NCBI GenBank assembly: GCA_043228905.1
Contig: JBHGNT010000002.1
Span: 7,564,001 to 7,628,000, forward strand
Reading direction: 5' to 3'
From: Azolla caroliniana
Taxonomy: Eukaryota > Plantae > Polypodiophyta
DNA: 64,000 bases
Position 1 is the stretch's first letter; each line of letters opens with the position of its first letter. Under the pieces are notes generated by a model, which saw nothing but the letters and a program-made list of their open reading frames with translations, was not told the origin of the DNA and did no database searches. The position numbers and the translations under genes were made by a program. Below are positions 1-12,280 of the stretch, one piece after another.

Positions 1-1723
1 TGACTAAGGACATCAAATTTGTTTGCTAGGTTCGGACTGTAAGTACTATTAGGACTATCATGCACACCTAGGGAAATAGACTCGGTTTTAGTACTGTTAA
101 AACTATCATGCGTAGCTAAGGCAATAGACTCAGGTTTAGTACTATTAGTACTAGCAGTAATTTGGTTTACCTGCCTTTTTGGCCTATGGGGACAATTTAT
201 TGCAATGTGTCCTGGTCCACCGCAGTAAAGACATAGTCGATTTGTACGACGTCGCTGCTTTTCCTCTTCGGATAATGGCCCTCGACGACGTGTTGTGTCA
301 ATCTCCATCGGAGTCGGAGTATTCGCTGGAGGTGCAAGGTATGACTCCCTCGGAAAAGGTCTTGATGTCACTGAGGCGTAGGTGGGCTCCGATCTTGCCC
401 TCGGCATCTGTAGTTGTCGTTCCGAACGACGCTCAAATAGACGGTTGTCGCATCTTACCGCGCGACTAATTGCTTCTGTTAAGGACTTCGGCTCTTCGGG
501 GAAGGTCAAGAGTAAATCCTTGACATCGTTGCGTAAACCGTAACGGAATTGCTCCATTAACGCTTGATCATCCCAAGGAATATCGGCGGCGAGTAGGCGA
601 AAATCTGCAGCGTATGCGGAGGCTGGACGATCACCTTGACGTAATCGCCGAATTTTGTTGATTGCGGTTCTGATGCTGTCAGTATCTCCGAAACATGCTT
701 TAAACTCACCGATAAATTCTTCAAAATTATTGAGCAACGGGGATTCCTTTTCTAATAGGGGAGCGAACCACGCCAACGCTGAGCCACTTAATAAAGTTCC
801 TACTAAACCCACTCGTGATGCATCGGTGGGATATCGACAAGGATGCATTTGAATAACTAGTCGTACCTGATTAAGGAACCCTCTAAACTGCGATCGCGTT
901 CCATCAAACTTCGTGGGAAGGCCAATCTTGGGTTCTTTATGAGTTCCTTGTGTTGCGGGCCCGTGTTGTTGCATCGCCACGATGGTTGCTTCGAGTTGTT
1001 GTACGCGTAACGCAAGTTCCCCATGCTGTTGCTGCGTTTGCTGTTTTTCTAAGGAGATTTGTTGAAGATCCCCCAGCAACCGTTGGTTTTCTTGTTCCAA
1101 AGCATGAAATTTCTCCTTCAAACATTGAAACTCCGAAAAAACGGATTGATATTCTTCAGCGCTAACAGTGGCCATGGGATGAAAGAGAAGAGGAATTAAG
1201 AGACTAGTAGGAAAGGGGAGAGATAAGAGGGAGAGGAAGGGCAAATTGGTTCAAACTGTCAGGAATCAGTAGTAAGACGGAGACGGAATTAGTACTAAAC
1301 GAAGGATTAGTACTACAGAGAAGGGATTAGTACTAAACGAAGGATTAGTACTATGAGGGGTGTAGAACTTCTTGAGAGAGAAGGAAGAAGTGAGCGAGAC
1401 AGAGAGACAGAGAGAGAGAGAGAGAGAGAGTAATGATGAGAGAAATATATGTATTACGTGAAGAGAATGTACAACTGTGGCTAGAAGGCTTAAGACTGGC
1501 GTTGAACCAATTTGGTTCAACATAACGCCTAGTGCCCTCTTTTATAGTATTTCTAAGAGTAATCCTGAAGCTTCTAGAATGTTCCAGAGAAATCTGGAAT
1601 ATACATCAATTTCTAAAATAAAACATAAATGAAAATAATATCCTACAACTTATAATGTATAGTCTAATGGTAAGACCTCGACCCATGTAGCATAAGGTCA
1701 TGGGTTCGAGTCTTGCCATGACA
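1..1723 (-). mobile_element. Ty3/Gypsy chromovirus (Tcn1/Tf1-sushi-like), copy A: 5' LTR plus degenerate gag; continues beyond window start
   Basis: Reverse complement is homologous to 45388-47050: gag motifs EPKIGLP-KFDGTRSQFRGFL and a CCHC knuckle. LTR 1257-1723 has TG...CA ends. Confidence 0.9.
1257..1723 (-). repeat. 5' LTR of chromovirus copy A
   Basis: Element sense reads TGTCATGG...TCCTGACA; TATAAAA at 1540-1546 (minus); (GA)n tract; homologous to the LTRs at 45388-45848, 50613-51017 and 14797-15036. Confidence 0.9.
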
Positions 1724-2678
1724 CCATTAGCTTTTTCATTCCACCTTTCCCGAAGTTGAGTTGGATTGGTTGTTGAGTCTTTGTCGAGTGAATCTTTCCA
1801 TCTTGATAGTAGATTTTATCCTGATTAAGAGAATCCCTATGTTCTTGACAGTCTTTCTTTTGGTGGTCGACACTATCACACCACATACACCTTCGGACCA
1901 TTCCACCTCCTTGCCTTGATGAAGTCGAGCTTTGTCCCGATTCTAGCTTCGTCACTTTGATCAACAAGTCTTTCATGCCTTTCACCAACTCATGCAAGAG
2001 TGAATCTTCTATTTTCTTCTCTCCCGAGTCGTTTCCCGTTTTGTCTCCCTTCCTCTCCGGCAGCTCCATAAACCATAACTTTCGTTTACAGAAATGGGCG
2101 CAAGCCCTTTTCACCTCCTCCCAGTCTTCGGTAAGTCCACTCAGACTATTTTGATATTCCAGAAGCATTCCCAAGTCCTTCCTATCTTTAATATTAGTAG
2201 CTTGTAGAAACAATATTACTTTATCTAGCATTATTATATTTCTATCTCTAACATTTAATTGCTCAAATCTTTCTGAAAATTCTTTTAACACTTCCAAAAC
2301 ACTTAAATGTTTATCAGACTCTACCCAATCCATAAAAGCTCTCCTTGTCATCCTTGACATATCGTTGAGGTTGTATTCATTCAATAATTCTCTTTCGAAA
2401 GTCGCCCATGTATGATGCTCTCTCTGTAGCTCATGGACCCTTTCTTGTAGCCCAATCACAATGACTCGACTAAAGCTATTAATTTTTGCAGCTTCGTCGA
2501 CACCTCGTTTAAGCATTTCTTCATTGTAAATCTTCAGAAACCTTGTTAAATTCATACCTTCGAAGATCCCTACTCGTGCAAGAATATTGTTGATGGCTTT
2601 GTCGATGCTTGCCATCATCCCTTGCTCTCGTATCATTCGTTCCATCATCGTACACATAAGCCTCATTTGCTCCTCCAT
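1724..2678 (-). CDS. Retrotransposon Gag with zinc knuckle, truncated by insertion
   Basis: ORF 1698-2678 has an FEG-N motif and CMWCDSVDHQKKDC (CX2CX4HX4C); its last codons run into the inserted LTR. Confidence 0.7.
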
Positions 2679-3447
2679 TTTTCCTTGACCGCCTTCACAT
2701 CGGGTTCACCAAATGTATCGGGGTAGTTGTGGTTCGTGCGGTGAAGTCGCATGGACTAAGGTTAAGGGGAGTTGAAGGAACTTTAAGGCTTGCGCACAAA
2801 TGTTAGGAAGATTAAGGATAAAAAGAATAAGAGTTTAAAGTAATGTGTGAGAGAGAGAGACGAGTATAGATAAAGGATAGAGACAATGTATGATTCAAGA
2901 AGCAAGATAGAGACAAAGTATGATTTAAGGAAAAAAAGTATATGATATGAACATGATGTATATTACGAATACAAGATTTTACCAACTTTACAATGCTTGA
3001 TTGAAAGATGAACCCTGTCTCTACCGACTCTTGATTCGAACCCTTGACTCCAACTTGGAAACATGAGCCTCTTCACCAACAAGCTAACTTATTATTTGTT
3101 TCGTTCATTATCTTATTTCTCTAACTTTCTCTTCATTGATTGATTACCCTGTTTTCCCATTAATTCATCCCTTAATTCCTTGCGTCTCTTTATAGGTTCT
3201 CTCATGCATATGATGATATGGTGGTGCATGGCATGCATGTAATGCATGTGATGCATGATCGTCATTTGGCGCACATCCTTTACATGTGATGCATGATAGC
3301 CATCATGCTCATCTAAGCTCTAATGTATGAAAATACACATGTCATAAGTATAATATAACTATAGAAAGTAACTTATTCTAATGGTATATTCTTCGTCCTT
3401 GGTGTGTGAGGGTATGGCTTCAAGTCTCTCAAATATTACTTAATACA
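1724..3447 (-). mobile_element. Ty3/Gypsy-type LTR element, 5' part (LTR, tRNA-Trp PBS, gag), interrupted by chromovirus copy A
   Basis: 2694-2711 (TTCACATCGGGTTCACCA) matches the 3' end of plant tRNA-Trp at 17/18 nt as I recall it. LTR begins at TG 2714; far end near 3447 is uncertain. Gag ORF follows. Confidence 0.7.
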
Positions 3448-4102
3448 ATATTGAAGTTTATTTTTATATCGTGAAGCAAATCCTTCACGACAGCGTCAGT
3501 GTCACTGATCTAGGCGATGGCGCTACAACGATCGTGGAGGTGAGGGGGAATTTTGGTGAAACGTCAACCTTTGCGTCCGACATACTCGGAGTAGGCGGCG
3601 GGGATGATGTTGGAGACGACGCTAGGGGCTTTTGTGGTGTGGAAGGGGATGCCATCCACCGACAAATGTAGTGTAGTGCAAACGTCGGCGACGTTGAACG
3701 GGAACTCGACAGGGGTAGCATCCGTGAAGGTGTGCGTGCGAATGTGGCCGATATCAGGGTTGTATCCCGTGAGGAACCGGTTGACCAGCTCGGGAAGTAC
3801 ACCCCAAAGACCAATCCGAGGAAGAACGTGAGGCCCGATATGTACAACGGGTGTTGACCTTGGCTTGAATTACCAAGGAGGCACAACCGACGTCGGGGTA
3901 GTGCGCGTGGAGGAGCTTGGTGAATTGGATGGACGCCATCGATTATAACATGCCAGGACAAAGGTTAGTAGAGTTAAATGGAGTGTAGAAATTCTTGCGT
4001 GTCTTGACCCTTGTCTACCTCGAATTGTTATTATTATTATTATGATTTTTTGTTTATTTTTATTTTTAATTTTATTTATTTAGATTTAGATTTAGATTTA
4101 TT

Positions 4103-4144
<42 letters not shown>

Positions 4145-4199
4145 TATCGACCACGATATTGTATGGACCTAATGACATGAACACTTTATTCGTAGGATG

Positions 4200-5030
4200 G
4201 GGGGTTTGGAGGGGTTAAGTGGGTAAAAGTTTGAGGAGTAAGTCTCCTCGAACCGGGGGTAGGGGGTTCGAGGAGAACCTCTCCTCGAACCGGTGGGTAG
4301 GGGTTCGAGGAGTAAGTCTCCTCGAACCGGGGGAGGGGGTTCAAGGAGTAGGGATGTGGAGAGGAGCTCTCCTCGAACCGGTGGGGGGTTCGAGGGGTAA
4401 GTCTCCTCGAATCAGGGGTAGGGGGTTCGAGGAGTAAGGCTTCGAAGAGAACCTCTCTTCAAACTGGTGGGGAGGGGTTCGAGGAGCAAGTCTCCTCGAA
4501 CCGGGAGTAGGGGTTCAAAGGGAGCCTCTCCTTGAACCGGTTGGGAGGGGTTCGAGGAGGTAGTCTCCTCGAACCGGTGAGGGGTTTGGAGGGGTTAAGT
4601 GGGTAGAGGTTTGAGGAGTAAGTCTCCTCGAACCGGTGGGTAGGGGTTTGAGGAGTAAGACTCCTCGAACCGGTGGGTAGGGGTTTGAAGGGAGCCTCTC
4701 CTAGAACCGGTTGGGAGGAGTTCGAGGAGTTAGTCTCCTCGAACCGGTGAGGGGTTCGAGGAGGAGGGTGTTCGATGAGAACCTCTCTTCGAACCTATTG
4801 GGAGGGTTTCGAGGAGTTAGTCTCCTCGAGCCGGTGAGGGGTTCGAGGAGGAGGGGTTTTGAAGTGAACCTCTCTTCGAACTTGTTGGGAGGGGTTCGAG
4901 GAGTTAGTCTCCTCGAACCGGGGTTAGGGGGTTCAAAGAGAACCTCTCGTCGAACCTATTGGGAGGGTTTCGAGGAGTTAGTCTCCTTGAACTGGGGTTA
5001 GGGGGTTCAAAGAGAACCTCTCTTCGAACC
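4200..5030. repeat. Array of ~30-35 bp G-rich hairpin units (GGTTCGAGGAG-n5-CTCCTCGAACC)
   Basis: Repeated inverted-repeat units separated by GGGGGTAGGGG-like linkers, seen directly. Confidence 0.9.
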
Positions 5031-5629
5031 AGTGGGTGCGGGGGGTGGGTCGTTCGAGTGTTGTCCGAGGGTCTTTGTATAATTTTAAGGACCCAGATCT
5101 GTGACATCTTTGTCGAAGGGACGACGGGGGCCTGTGGAGTACTTTTATGGGGCGTTCGTCCCCCTAGTTGTTTAGTCTTGTCGATTTCTCTGGCCTTAAC
5201 CTAGGAGGGGTATTTGACCGATGTAATTGTCGGGTGTCCCGTGTAGTCGTGGTACGGTCGCGGGTGGGGAGCCGGATTTGTTTCGGGACCCAGAAGCAAG
5301 TGGCCCTTTGTGCCAACCTTGGGCAGTTGTGAGTGTGTTTCTGACTCGCCAAATAGCATGTTCTCCATGGCGTGGTCCTTCAACGAAAACCCCGTGGATG
5401 TTAACCCATTTGCGTGGTGTGGGTGTCTTTGTTTTGATGTTAGCGTTGCTATGGTCATGGATGGCCGGTGGGTGTTGCTGTTCTGTTTGGTTGGGCGGTT
5501 TCGCGCTTTGGGGTTTATCGAGGTCAGTGGGACGTGATTCAAGTGTTGTTGCAACGAGGTTCTTGGACCTCACCCCATTTGCCGTTTGGAAGGAGACGAT
5601 GTTCTTGCTTGGCGACGGGAGGCATTCGC

Positions 5630-5900
5630 TTATGTGACACCAATCTAAACCGAGGAGGCACTGTGTGTACATCACTTTGGGTGGGAGTACCCGAACTCGG
5701 ATTGAGTGGTCACACGAAGGTTCCAAGGCAGCATGATGTGGAACCATCGAAGCCACGGAAATTGTCATTGCATACTTCGAGGTTTGGGCGACCTAGACGT
5801 CCCCATGTTTCGAAGGAGAAAAGGGTTGGTGATGCTCTTGTGTCGATTACCGCTGTTAAAGGTATGCCATCGACGAAGCATGGTAGTTGCATTGTCCCGT
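5630..5900 (-). pseudogene. Second retropepsin-like aspartic protease domain downstream of integrase
   Basis: LPCFVDGIPLTAVIDTRAS (Asp codon 5842-5844; AGA is one base from GGA), FRGFDGS flap, and CLLGLDW in a shifted frame. Confidence 0.7.
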
Positions 5901-6089
5901 CATTAGAGTTGACCACCTTAGCCATGGCTGCCGGGTGGGTGTCCCCTTGTCGTTTCAATTTCGCTTGCGCATTGCGAAGGTCGATTTCGAGTCGGGCCAT
6001 TCGGCATTCGGATGCCTTAAGTTTGGCTTCCACTTCTCGTTGCTGAGCCGTGTGTAGAGGTTCGAATGTGAGGGGTCCGTAGTTACGTT

Positions 6090-8900
6090 TGAGCTTGCTC
6101 CCATTGATGAATCCGGGGATGTCGAGCCCTCGAGCGTGCGTATTCGACATGCTCCTATCTTGGTAATATCTGAGACGACATATGGGCCTTCACCACGTAA
6201 TTTAAGCTTCTTTTTGTGCCGTTGAGAGGTGAATTTGAGAGCCATGTCTCCTTTAGCAAGATCTTTATCTCTTACTTTGTTGTCGTGCCACGCCTTTCTA
6301 TTGGCTTTCTCTGCCAAGAGTGCTTGGAATACGAGAAGGCGAGTTTCGGTCAACCGTTCTAGGTTCTCTAGGTGTGATGGGAGGGGGTCCCCGTCCCATC
6401 GTTCTTGTACAACTATCCTGAGGCTGGGGACAAGGAGCTCGATGGGCAATACCGCTTCTTGTCTATATACTAGTTTAAATGGCGTGTGACGAGTTGTGAC
6501 TTTGTAGGAAGTGCGGAAAGCCCATAATGCCGCTTGGAGTTTGATGCTCCAATCAGACCGCGAGGCGGCGATTATCTTTGTGAGCACTGCGCATAACACC
6601 TTATTCGTGCTTTCCGCTTGTCCGTTGCACCGAGGGTAATGAGGGGAACTCTTGTGGCGTGTCACCATAAATTCTCCTAGTAGATGTTATATCACTTCAT
6701 TGAGGAAATGGGAGCCTTGATCACTAATGATCTCGAGCGGACATCCAAACCGTGATATGATGTTTTCGTATAGGAATTTGGCAGTGCTACATGCGTCGGC
6801 ATTAACGCAAGCTTTAGCTTCGACCCACTTGGTAGCGTAGTCAGTGGTAGTTATTATGTATCGATTGAGGTTGGAAGCTGGGCTGATTGGGCCGATAAAA
6901 TTGATACCCCATTTCTCGAACGGTTGCCATGCCACCACCGGGTTTAATGTGTTGAAATCCGCTTTTAGCAGATGTTTGAAACGCTAGCACTCATCACATT
7001 GGCGTAAATACTCGTATGTGTCTTTGAAGTGTGTTGGCCACCATAGGCCGGACTAGAGGATCTTGCGTGCCGTGACCTCGTGATTGAAATGACTGCTTCC
7101 GCTTCCGCAATGAGCTTGTTCGAGGACGACGATGACGTCATGGTCCGTTAAACACCTTCGAAGTACATCATCGTTACCTCTTCGGTACAAGTTGCCTTTG
7201 AGCATCGTGAAGGGGCTACATTTCCTTAACAAGACACGTGCATGCGCCCGACTTAGTTGTATTAGGAAGGACGCCCCTTCAGTTAAGACGCGAACGATGT
7301 CTGAGTCCCATGCTGGTACGGTGTCGATTGTGAATAATGTTGCATTTGGTGTTTCATCGTCGACCCCAATGGCTTCTTCTCCATTTGGTATTCGGGAGAA
7401 ATGATTGGCAAGTACATGGTCTTTTCCTTTTCTCACCACCTCCTTGAAGTCAAACTTGAGTAACGTTACGATTCATCGTGATATGCATCCTGTGGTGTGA
7501 GTTTTGTTTACCAAGTAGAGGAGGGCTTGATGATCTACAAAAAACGAGAAACGTGACGCCAAGAGGTAATGGCAGAATTTTTTTACGCTGTAAACCATGG
7601 CCAAAGCTTCTCATTTCGTCGTGGAGTAATTTCGTTCCGTGGTGTTCAGTTGACGACTAGCGAAGGTGATTGGTAGGTCGAGTGCCCCTTCGCCAGGTTG
7701 AGCTAGCACTGCACCAATCGTGAAGGCGGAAGCGTCGGTGTGAACATGGAATTCTTTGGTCTAGTCTGGGGATCGGAGGATGGGGGCCTTAGTTAGGCAC
7801 TCTTTCAAGAGCTTGAACGAGTGTGTGCACTCTTCCGTCCAAGTGTATTGTTTTAATAGGGCGTAGAGTGGTCTGGCCTTGTCTACGAACATCTTAATGA
7901 AGCATCTATAGTAACTTGCATATCCCATGAACCCTTGTAGTTGTTTCTCGTTCGCGGGAGATGGCACGTCTAGGATGAGTTTTACTTTTGCCTCATCGGT
8001 CGAGATCCCATGTCAGGACACAACATGACCTAATATTAATCTGTGCTTGACCCAGAACTGACACTTGAGTGGGTTGAGAGAGAGTTGATAGACCTTGCAT
8101 TTTTCAAACGTCAAGCGGAGTAGCGCCAGGTGGTCATGCCATTTCGAATGGCAACATAAATCGTCGACATAGGAATCCACCCCTTGTTGTAACCTTGCCA
8201 CGAAGATATGGTCCGCCGCCCTTTGATAGGTGCTTAGGGCACTTGTGAGCCTGAAAGGCATCTGCTTATACGCGAACGTACCAAATTCGGTGGCAAAGGC
8301 CGTTTTGTGTTGATCCTTAGGCACCACCGAGATTTGGTTGTACCCCGAGAACCCGTTGATGAAGCTATAAGCTTCGGCTCCCGCGATTCTTTTGAGTAAA
8401 TGCTCGATGTAGGGTACCGGGTAGTTGTCCTTGATGGTGGCTTCGTTGACTTGGCGATAGTTGACACATATGCGGATTTGGCCATTTTTCTTCGGGACGA
8501 CTATGATTGGGGAGACCCAAGTGGTTCGTTCGATTGGGTAGATGATGCCTGCGTCTAACATTTTGTTGATTTCGGCTTTTACTTGTTGGGTGTAGTTAGG
8601 GTTCATTGGGTGCGGCCTTTGCCAGATTGGGTGGGCGTCAGCTCACATGGGGATACTATGGGTGACGACCTCAGTCGGAACCCCTTTCATATCTACGTAC
8701 GACCATGCGAACACGTCACTAAATTCTGTGAGGAGGGTGATCAAGGACGTCTCTTCGTCCGACTGGAGATCTGTTGCTATGAACACTGGTTTGGAGTCCA
8801 TCCCCTTCCCAAGGTTGATTTCTTTAACCCTCGCCGGTCCGTCGCATACCTCACCTAGGCTTTGAGGGGTGCGTTGTGGTCTCTTACAAGCCATTGCTTG
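6090..8900 (-). pseudogene. Gypsy pol (RT-RNase H-integrase) with stops and frameshifts
   Basis: WVSPIIVVPKKNG, YVDD, KWGINFIGP, ISDQGSHF, PRCNGQAE, EGPYVV motifs. Confidence 0.92.
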
Positions 8901-9908
8901 ATTCCCTTGTTCATAAAGTTTGAATTGCTCTTGGAAGTCCACCTCTGTCGAGGTCTTCCAAGTGGTCACAACCTCATCTTGACATGTGACTCGTTGTGCC
9001 AGGTCCTTGTCTTTTACGTCTACTTGTTTCGCTGTTAAAACAAGAGATCGTGTCTCCATCCTCGTCGCAACACTTTGTACCAATGGGATACATTGTGTTG
9101 GTCGTGGCGAGAGTGTGTACCCAATTCATCTCTGACGTATCGGAAGCTACAGATTGTTCTTCTCTTTCTCTTGCATTCTCTGCTTTAGGACTGGCAGATT
9201 TTTGGGGGAACGGTTGGCCCCTGGCCAAGATCTGAAGTGTTTTTGTGGGGTTGCACGCTAGGAGGTTGGTCTCGAACTCGGTGGTTTCTGACCAATCATC
9301 CACGAGAGGGTCGCCCTCTTGGTCATGCACTTTTTGTGTGTATGCTTTAATGCAGAAGGTTTTGTTGTTTTTATGCATATAGATTGTATCATTCCCAAAT
9401 CCATTACCAAGCGGCTTACACGTAGGAATGGTCTTCCTAGTAAGCACTCATAGGCCACATGATTGGATGATCTTGTGACGACGAAGGTGAGATTGAACTC
9501 GACTCCGTGGATAGTGGAGTGATGTGCAGGGATCATGCCTTCCGGCCGTTGGATGGACCCATCTGCCATTCGTAGTTTAACATCTAAAGGAAGCATTTTT
9601 GGGCTCCCCCAGTTACACCAACATTCGTAGCTAACGATACTTACCCCTGCTTCGGTGTCAATGATTGCATCACACGTCGTATCGTTGACGCAGACGAGTA
9701 GAATGAAACTAGTGTCGTCGCTCTCGAAGTGAGCTTCGCATATATCGACTGGTGGTCCTTCAAGTTGCTTGAGGACTGTAGATGTATGAGGAATGTGGGG
9801 GTGTATCTTTTCACCATAACCTGCTGATAGGCTTCCATTGAGGCGGCGAAGGACGTCGTGCCATGGTTGGATGTCGAGTTTGAGTAGTTCTTCAAGCGTG
9901 AACTCTAT

Positions 9909-11563
9909 TTACTTGGCGAATAGAGGTCGTAGTTGGGGGTTTTCGGCCACGAAGGTGCCAGTGTAGCTCTGTACTTTGCGTAATGTGAGTCGTAATCTTA
10001 AATTTAATATTTGCTGGAGCAGGATTGTGTTGACCTCTTTGCTCGGGTTAGGATGGCAGGTGGGGGTGTCAGTTGATGTGACGACGAGGGGAGGTGTATC
10101 CGTGTGTTGGGGTGGGGGGTTTACCCATTCTTCGAGTTGGTCGAAGTTATGAGCTACTCTTTGAGCTTGTGTGATGATGTTGGCACCAACCATTGATGGT
10201 ACGATAGATAACAGGTTTGCGCCAATCCTTTTCTTCTTTTTTGGGCAATCAGGTACTAAGTGCTGCTCCTTACCACACCCTGGGCATGATGCTTGTCTTT
10301 GGAACCACTCAATAAGGTCCTGTGACTGTTGGTCTTTGCGCCGGTGGTTGTGGGGGTGTTTCGAGTGAGGGGTGTCATGGTCGTTGTGCCATCCGGTTGT
10401 AGTATTCATGTTTGGTTGGGCACTCGTTAACCATATGTGGGCCTTGGCAGTTGAAACATTTCAATTCTGACCTCCTTAGACCATTATTGTTGCGATATCC
10501 CATCGACGGCCCCCGTTGTTCTCCTCTGAAGACGTAGACTGGTATTTGGTCGCCTTCGAAGTCGACAAAGTGGGAGATCACCTCTTCTTCAAACCCATAC
10601 CCATGGTATGCTTCATATTCGGGGGTGCCCCCTCCCAACCTAAGTTTGGTTATCGGTGGTATATTCAAGTTCGGTGAGGCAAGTGCCGATACACGGTAGT
10701 GGGGGTTGTTGGGGAAGTATTGTTGGTAGATTTGGGCGGCTAAACAATGGAGGTGAGCGTGGGTGCTCTACCATTGGTGTTTGGCTATACCTTCTGTTTG
10801 GGGCTTGCCAACAGTTCTCTTGATAATACATCACGAAAGCTTTGCACCACTTACAGTATTGCGGCCGTCGTTGGTGGATGAGGGGGCACTCGTGCCCCGT
10901 GTGATGGCCATGGCATACTGTACACCTTACATTTTCTCTTTGGGTGTATGGTTGGGGTCTTTCTATACGGGGTGGTCTCAGTGGTGTGGGTAGAGTGGGG
11001 TCCGAGGGCTTCTCACGGTTGTTCATAGGCGCTTGAGTGGGTATCTGTAACCTGCTCATTGAATCCTCGAAGGTCATCACTACCATGCAAGCTTCAACGA
11101 ATGACCGACACATCCTGGCAATCAAGAAATTTTGGAGCGTCGGATCGAACAACCCATTGATGAAGTGGCTCATCAATTTGTCATCCGACATCTTGTCACT
11201 CGGGCTACAACGATGGTGCAGGCTTTTCGTGGGGTGTATGTAGTCCTTGACCGTCTCGTTCGCTTCTTGCTTGAGGGCGAAAAGTTGGTCAATTGGGTTC
11301 CATTTATTCCCTCGACGAGCGAAGTTTATCCAGAAATCTTCCATGACGTACTCGAAATCCGCGATGATGTCCTCATTCAAGGTTCTAAACCAAATTACAG
11401 CTTGGTCATCGTGTGTAAGCCCAAATGATGCTACTTTGGTGGTCTCTGTGAGGGGTTCATAAGCACGATAGATCTGTTTGAACCTCTCGATGTGATCATA
11501 GGCGTTGATCATAGGCGTCACTGAAACCGAGAAAACAGGGTACTTCTTTAGAAATGGAAGCAC
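9909..11563 (-). pseudogene. Gypsy gag (frameshifted) with several Cys/His knuckles
   Basis: LKQEANETVKDY MHR-like motif; CTVCHGHH, CKWC, CFNCQGPH and CPGCGKEQH motifs. Confidence 0.8.
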
Positions 11564-11642
11564 TCTTCCCGCTATCGTTTGTAGGGTTTCTTGAATGGAC
11601 CGTGGGTGCTCATGATGGGAACTGCACGCTCCCTATACGCAA

Positions 11643-12280
11643 CGCTCGGCCACAACCGAGCTTAGAATCATACATAGAAAGCGGGAAATAGATGTTCGAC
11701 ACAGAAAAGAGAAGAGTACGCAGGATGTTTACGTGGAAAACCCCAAACCAAGGGAAAAAACCACGGCAGCCCACAGGCTGCAAACTATCACTATGTTAGA
11801 ATGTACAACAGTGAGTTCATGGAGGCAACGACCTCGTGCTCACGATCTTCACCACAGGCGGCGGTTACAACAGAGGCAACGACCTCTTTCTCTCACTCTC
11901 TCTCTGTACACAGTTACGCGCTCTCTCACTCCTTGCACCAACAAGAATGACAACAACAACAACAACAGTTACTAAAAGTTTGCCCTAAGTCATATTTATA
12001 CTAATATGACTTTTTGGCTATTTACAGATATAGCCTCGATGGACTCTCAGAAACATATTTACGAATATGTCTCTTCATCCGGTGAGCATTCCTCACTGGG
12101 TCTGCACCATCCGGCTCTCCGTAGCCGGGTACTCCTCATCCGGTTCTCACCGGTTCTCACCGGGTCTGCACCATCCGGCTCTCCGTAGCCGGGTACTCCT
12201 CTTCCGGTTCTCACCGGGTCTGCACCATCCGGCTCTCCGTAGCCGGGTACTCCCTATCCGGAGGGACCTGTCTCCCAACA
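11643..12280 (-). mobile_element. Solo LTR (probably Copia-type) inserted upstream of gag
   Basis: Homologous to 13610-14140; shares TTTACGTGGAAAACCC...AAAACCACGG and a ...TCCCAACA end; internal ~50-60 bp tandem repeats. No clean TSD resolved. Confidence 0.65.

Noticed and set aside
1655-1723. Functional tRNA gene
   Set aside because: No convincing acceptor or anticodon stem, and it is part of a repeated LTR; reported only as a tRNA-like module.
4200-5030. CRISPR-like palindromic repeat array
   Set aside because: Linkers are short and repetitive rather than unique spacers, there are no cas genes, and the context is a plant retrotransposon.
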